36,507 nucleotides of DNA from Candidatus Bathyarchaeota archaeon. Its GTDB lineage: Archaea; Thermoproteota; Bathyarchaeia; Bathyarchaeales; Bathyarchaeaceae. This document shows, in pieces, positions 35,059 to 36,507 of the stretch. The notes under the pieces were generated by a model. It had not been told where the DNA came from and searched no databases. It was given only the letters and a program-made list of their open reading frames with translations. The DNA is taken from assembly GCA_020344435.1 (NCBI GenBank), contig CP070826.1, positions 941,569 through 978,075 of the forward strand, written 5' to 3'. The translations under genes and the position numbers were made by a program. Numbering within the stretch: position 1 is the first letter of the stretch; every line of letters begins with the position of its first letter.

Positions 35059-36202
35059 GGCTTTTCAGCCTCCTAATGATTTCTGAGAGAAGCTCTTCTG
35101 GAGTTATCATCTCTCCGCCGCCGATCTTGTTTACAGGGAAAACAGAAGCGGCGCCTTCTACAGCTCTTTTCACCTCATAGAATACCTGCCTGAGATTCAT
35201 CTCTGGCACAAATAGAGCCTTGGAGTTCTGAGCCATCCTCTGAATAACTTGATCAGGGAAGGGCCATATAGTCTTCAGTCTGATGAATCCAGTTTTGATG
35301 TGCTCTTTCTTTGCGAGTTCAACTGTTTCATAGATTGCGCGGGAAGTGCATCCATAAGAGATTATACCCACATCACATTCTTCAATATCATGGCCTTCGT
35401 ACTCGACGAGTTCATCCGTGTTTTTCTCTATTTTGTTGATCAGTCTTTCCACGAGTCTGCGATGTACGATTGGGTCTGCTGTGTAACGATGTCCCATTTC
35501 GTTGTGGGTTGATCCCGTTACTGGGACGTTGTAGCCTTTGCCCACCGTTGGCATGGGCGGAATATCTTGGGTGCCGAAGAAAGCCTTCTCTGTTTCCGTC
35601 GGTTTTTTCCGGTTTATGATCTCTATTTCTTCCAATTGTGGTATGGTGATTTCTCCTCTCATGTGGGCAATAATCTCGTCGGCCAGCAAAATGACTGGAG
35701 TTCGATACTTCTCGGCCAGGTTAAAGGCTCTAACAGTTAGTTCATACATTTCTTGGACAGAGTTCGGCGAGAGTGCTATCATCGTGTGATCTCCGTGAGT
35801 TCCCCATCTTGCCTGCATGACATCGCCTTGGCCGCATTTTGTGGCTTGTCCTGTGCTTGGACCTGCTCTCTGGACGTTCACGATCACACATGGTGTTTCG
35901 GTCATGAAGGCGTAGCCTATATTCTCTTGCATAAGGCTGAAGCCTGGGCCTGAGGTAGCCGTCATGGCTTTTGCTCCTGCCCAGCTTGCGCCTATGGCCG
36001 CACCTAGGGATGCTATCTCATCTTCCATCTGGATGGCAATTCCCCCGACTTGGGGCAGTCTATTGGCTATGTGCTCGGCTATTTCGGTTGCAGGTGTAAT
36101 AGGGTATCCTGCGAAGAATCTGCATCCAGCCGCTAAAGCTCCTTCTGCACAAGCTTCATTTCCTTGCCAGAAGTGTGTGCTTGGCGGTGTTGCTTTGCTC
36201 AT
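35051..36202 (-). CDS. 2-oxoacid:ferredoxin oxidoreductase, alpha subunit (KorA-like)
   Basis: GNEACAEGALAAGCRFFAGYPITPATEI, TATSGPGFSLM, QRAGPSTGQAT and HGDH. The pattern is KorA-like, but substrate specificity cannot be determined from sequence by eye. Confidence 0.93.
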   Translation of the reverse strand: MSKATPPSTHFWQGNEACAEGALAAGCRFFAGYPITPATEIAEHIANRLPQVGGIAIQMEDEIASLGAAIGASWAGAKAMTATSGPGFSLMQENIGYAFMTETPCVIVNVQRAGPSTGQATKCGQGDVMQARWGTHGDHTMIALSPNSVQEMYELTVRAFNLAEKYRTPVILLADEIIAHMRGEITIPQLEEIEIINRKKPTETEKAFFGTQDIPPMPTVGKGYNVPVTGSTHNEMGHRYTADPIVHRRLVERLINKIEKNTDELVEYEGHDIEECDVGIISYGCTSRAIYETVELAKKEHIKTGFIRLKTIWPFPDQVIQRMAQNSKALFVPEMNLRQVFYEVKRAVEGAASVFPVNKIGGGEMITPEELLSEIIRRLKSHG

Positions 36203-36353
36203 GAGGGTTTCCTTCTTTGGCGTGGATATTTTGGTTGTGGGTTTGAGATAAAGCCTGTGTTTGTACTTGTGCGCGGCTCTAGACCTTGGTCTGCTCTATG
36301 GAACAAATTGTCTGCGAATAGACGGTACAGATCAGAGTAAGCTCTCTGTCGAG

Positions 36354-36506
36354 CTATTTTTCCAGTGCTTGCCGAGCTGCCTTCAAGGTCTTCTCTATCT
36401 TCTTCCAGTGAGCGCCTTGCCAGTATATCTGTCCACAGCCGAGACATTGCCGGAACTCGTCGTAGTGAGTTAAGGTCGCCTCAGGTATCTTAGCCAGAAT
36501 GCTGTC
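36354..36506 (-). CDS. Partial CDS (C-terminus), Mut7-C/DUF82-type RNase domain protein
   Basis: The minus-strand frame is open from the window edge: ...THYDEFRQCLGCGQIYWQGAHWKKIEKTLKAARQALEK*. C-x2-C-G-x-IYW-x-G-x-HW is the characteristic C-terminal Zn-ribbon end of Mut7-C family proteins. This frame is missing from the ORF track because the start lies outside the window. Confidence 0.55.
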   Translation of the reverse strand, partial: DSILAKIPEATLTHYDEFRQCLGCGQIYWQGAHWKKIEKTLKAARQALEK

Positions 36507-36507
36507 T

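Noticed and set aside
36199-36447. 82-aa minus-strand ORF just upstream of the OFOR alpha subunit; considered as a possible delta (ferredoxin) subunit.
   Set aside because: It has no Cys at all, so it cannot bind an Fe-S cluster. Its composition is not ferredoxin-like. It also overlaps, in another frame, the much more convincing Mut7-C C-terminal frame ending at 36354.

Overview
Archaeal chromosomal window, densely packed with about 38 protein genes on both strands. Most are housekeeping or central-metabolism genes. I found no rRNA, tRNA, CRISPR array or transposase. All family calls come from motif recognition by eye; no homology search, folding or GC computation was possible.

Gene content suggests a TACK-type archaeon (inference only). 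It has unfused Kae1 and Bud32, Cgi121, a TFE-beta/RPC34-like winged-helix plus Cys-cluster protein, a crenarchaeal-type single-OB SSB, aEF-2, ABCE1, archaeal TIM and a proteasome beta subunit.

Recognisable blocks:
- kae1-bud32-(Ham1-like), minus strand.
- TFE-beta-like gene, rlmE and an unknown 235-aa protein.
- nadC plus a MurG-like glycosyltransferase.
- AMMECR1, psmB and a membrane protein.
- nadM, DUF211 and an atypical kinase.
- A complete histidine-utilisation cluster, ftcD-hutI-hutU-hutH.
- PRT-cgi121 converging on tsaC-THUMP.
- Isoaspartyl peptidase, ABCE1, and tpiA-DUF89-glycogen debranching enzyme.
- SSB, then ecfA1-ecfA2-ecfT followed by a PK_C-like protein.
- aEF-2, and a three-subunit 2-oxoacid:ferredoxin oxidoreductase.

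Many genes start with TTG or GTG preceded by GGAGG/GGTGA-like motifs. First genes of apparent units often have a TATA-like box about 25-30 nt from the start codon, which suggests short or absent leaders.

The least explained sequence is the ~700-bp gene-free gap at 27121-27823. It holds a 236-nt inverted repeat with a pyrimidine-rich arm and a purine-rich arm, plus 11-bp phased CCAGATTCT boxes. The second candidate is a GA-repeat locus at 20641-20727, which reads as a 28-aa hyper-acidic Trp-containing micro-ORF with its own SD, start and T-tract, just upstream of ABCE1. I saw no obvious multi-gene defence or mobile system.
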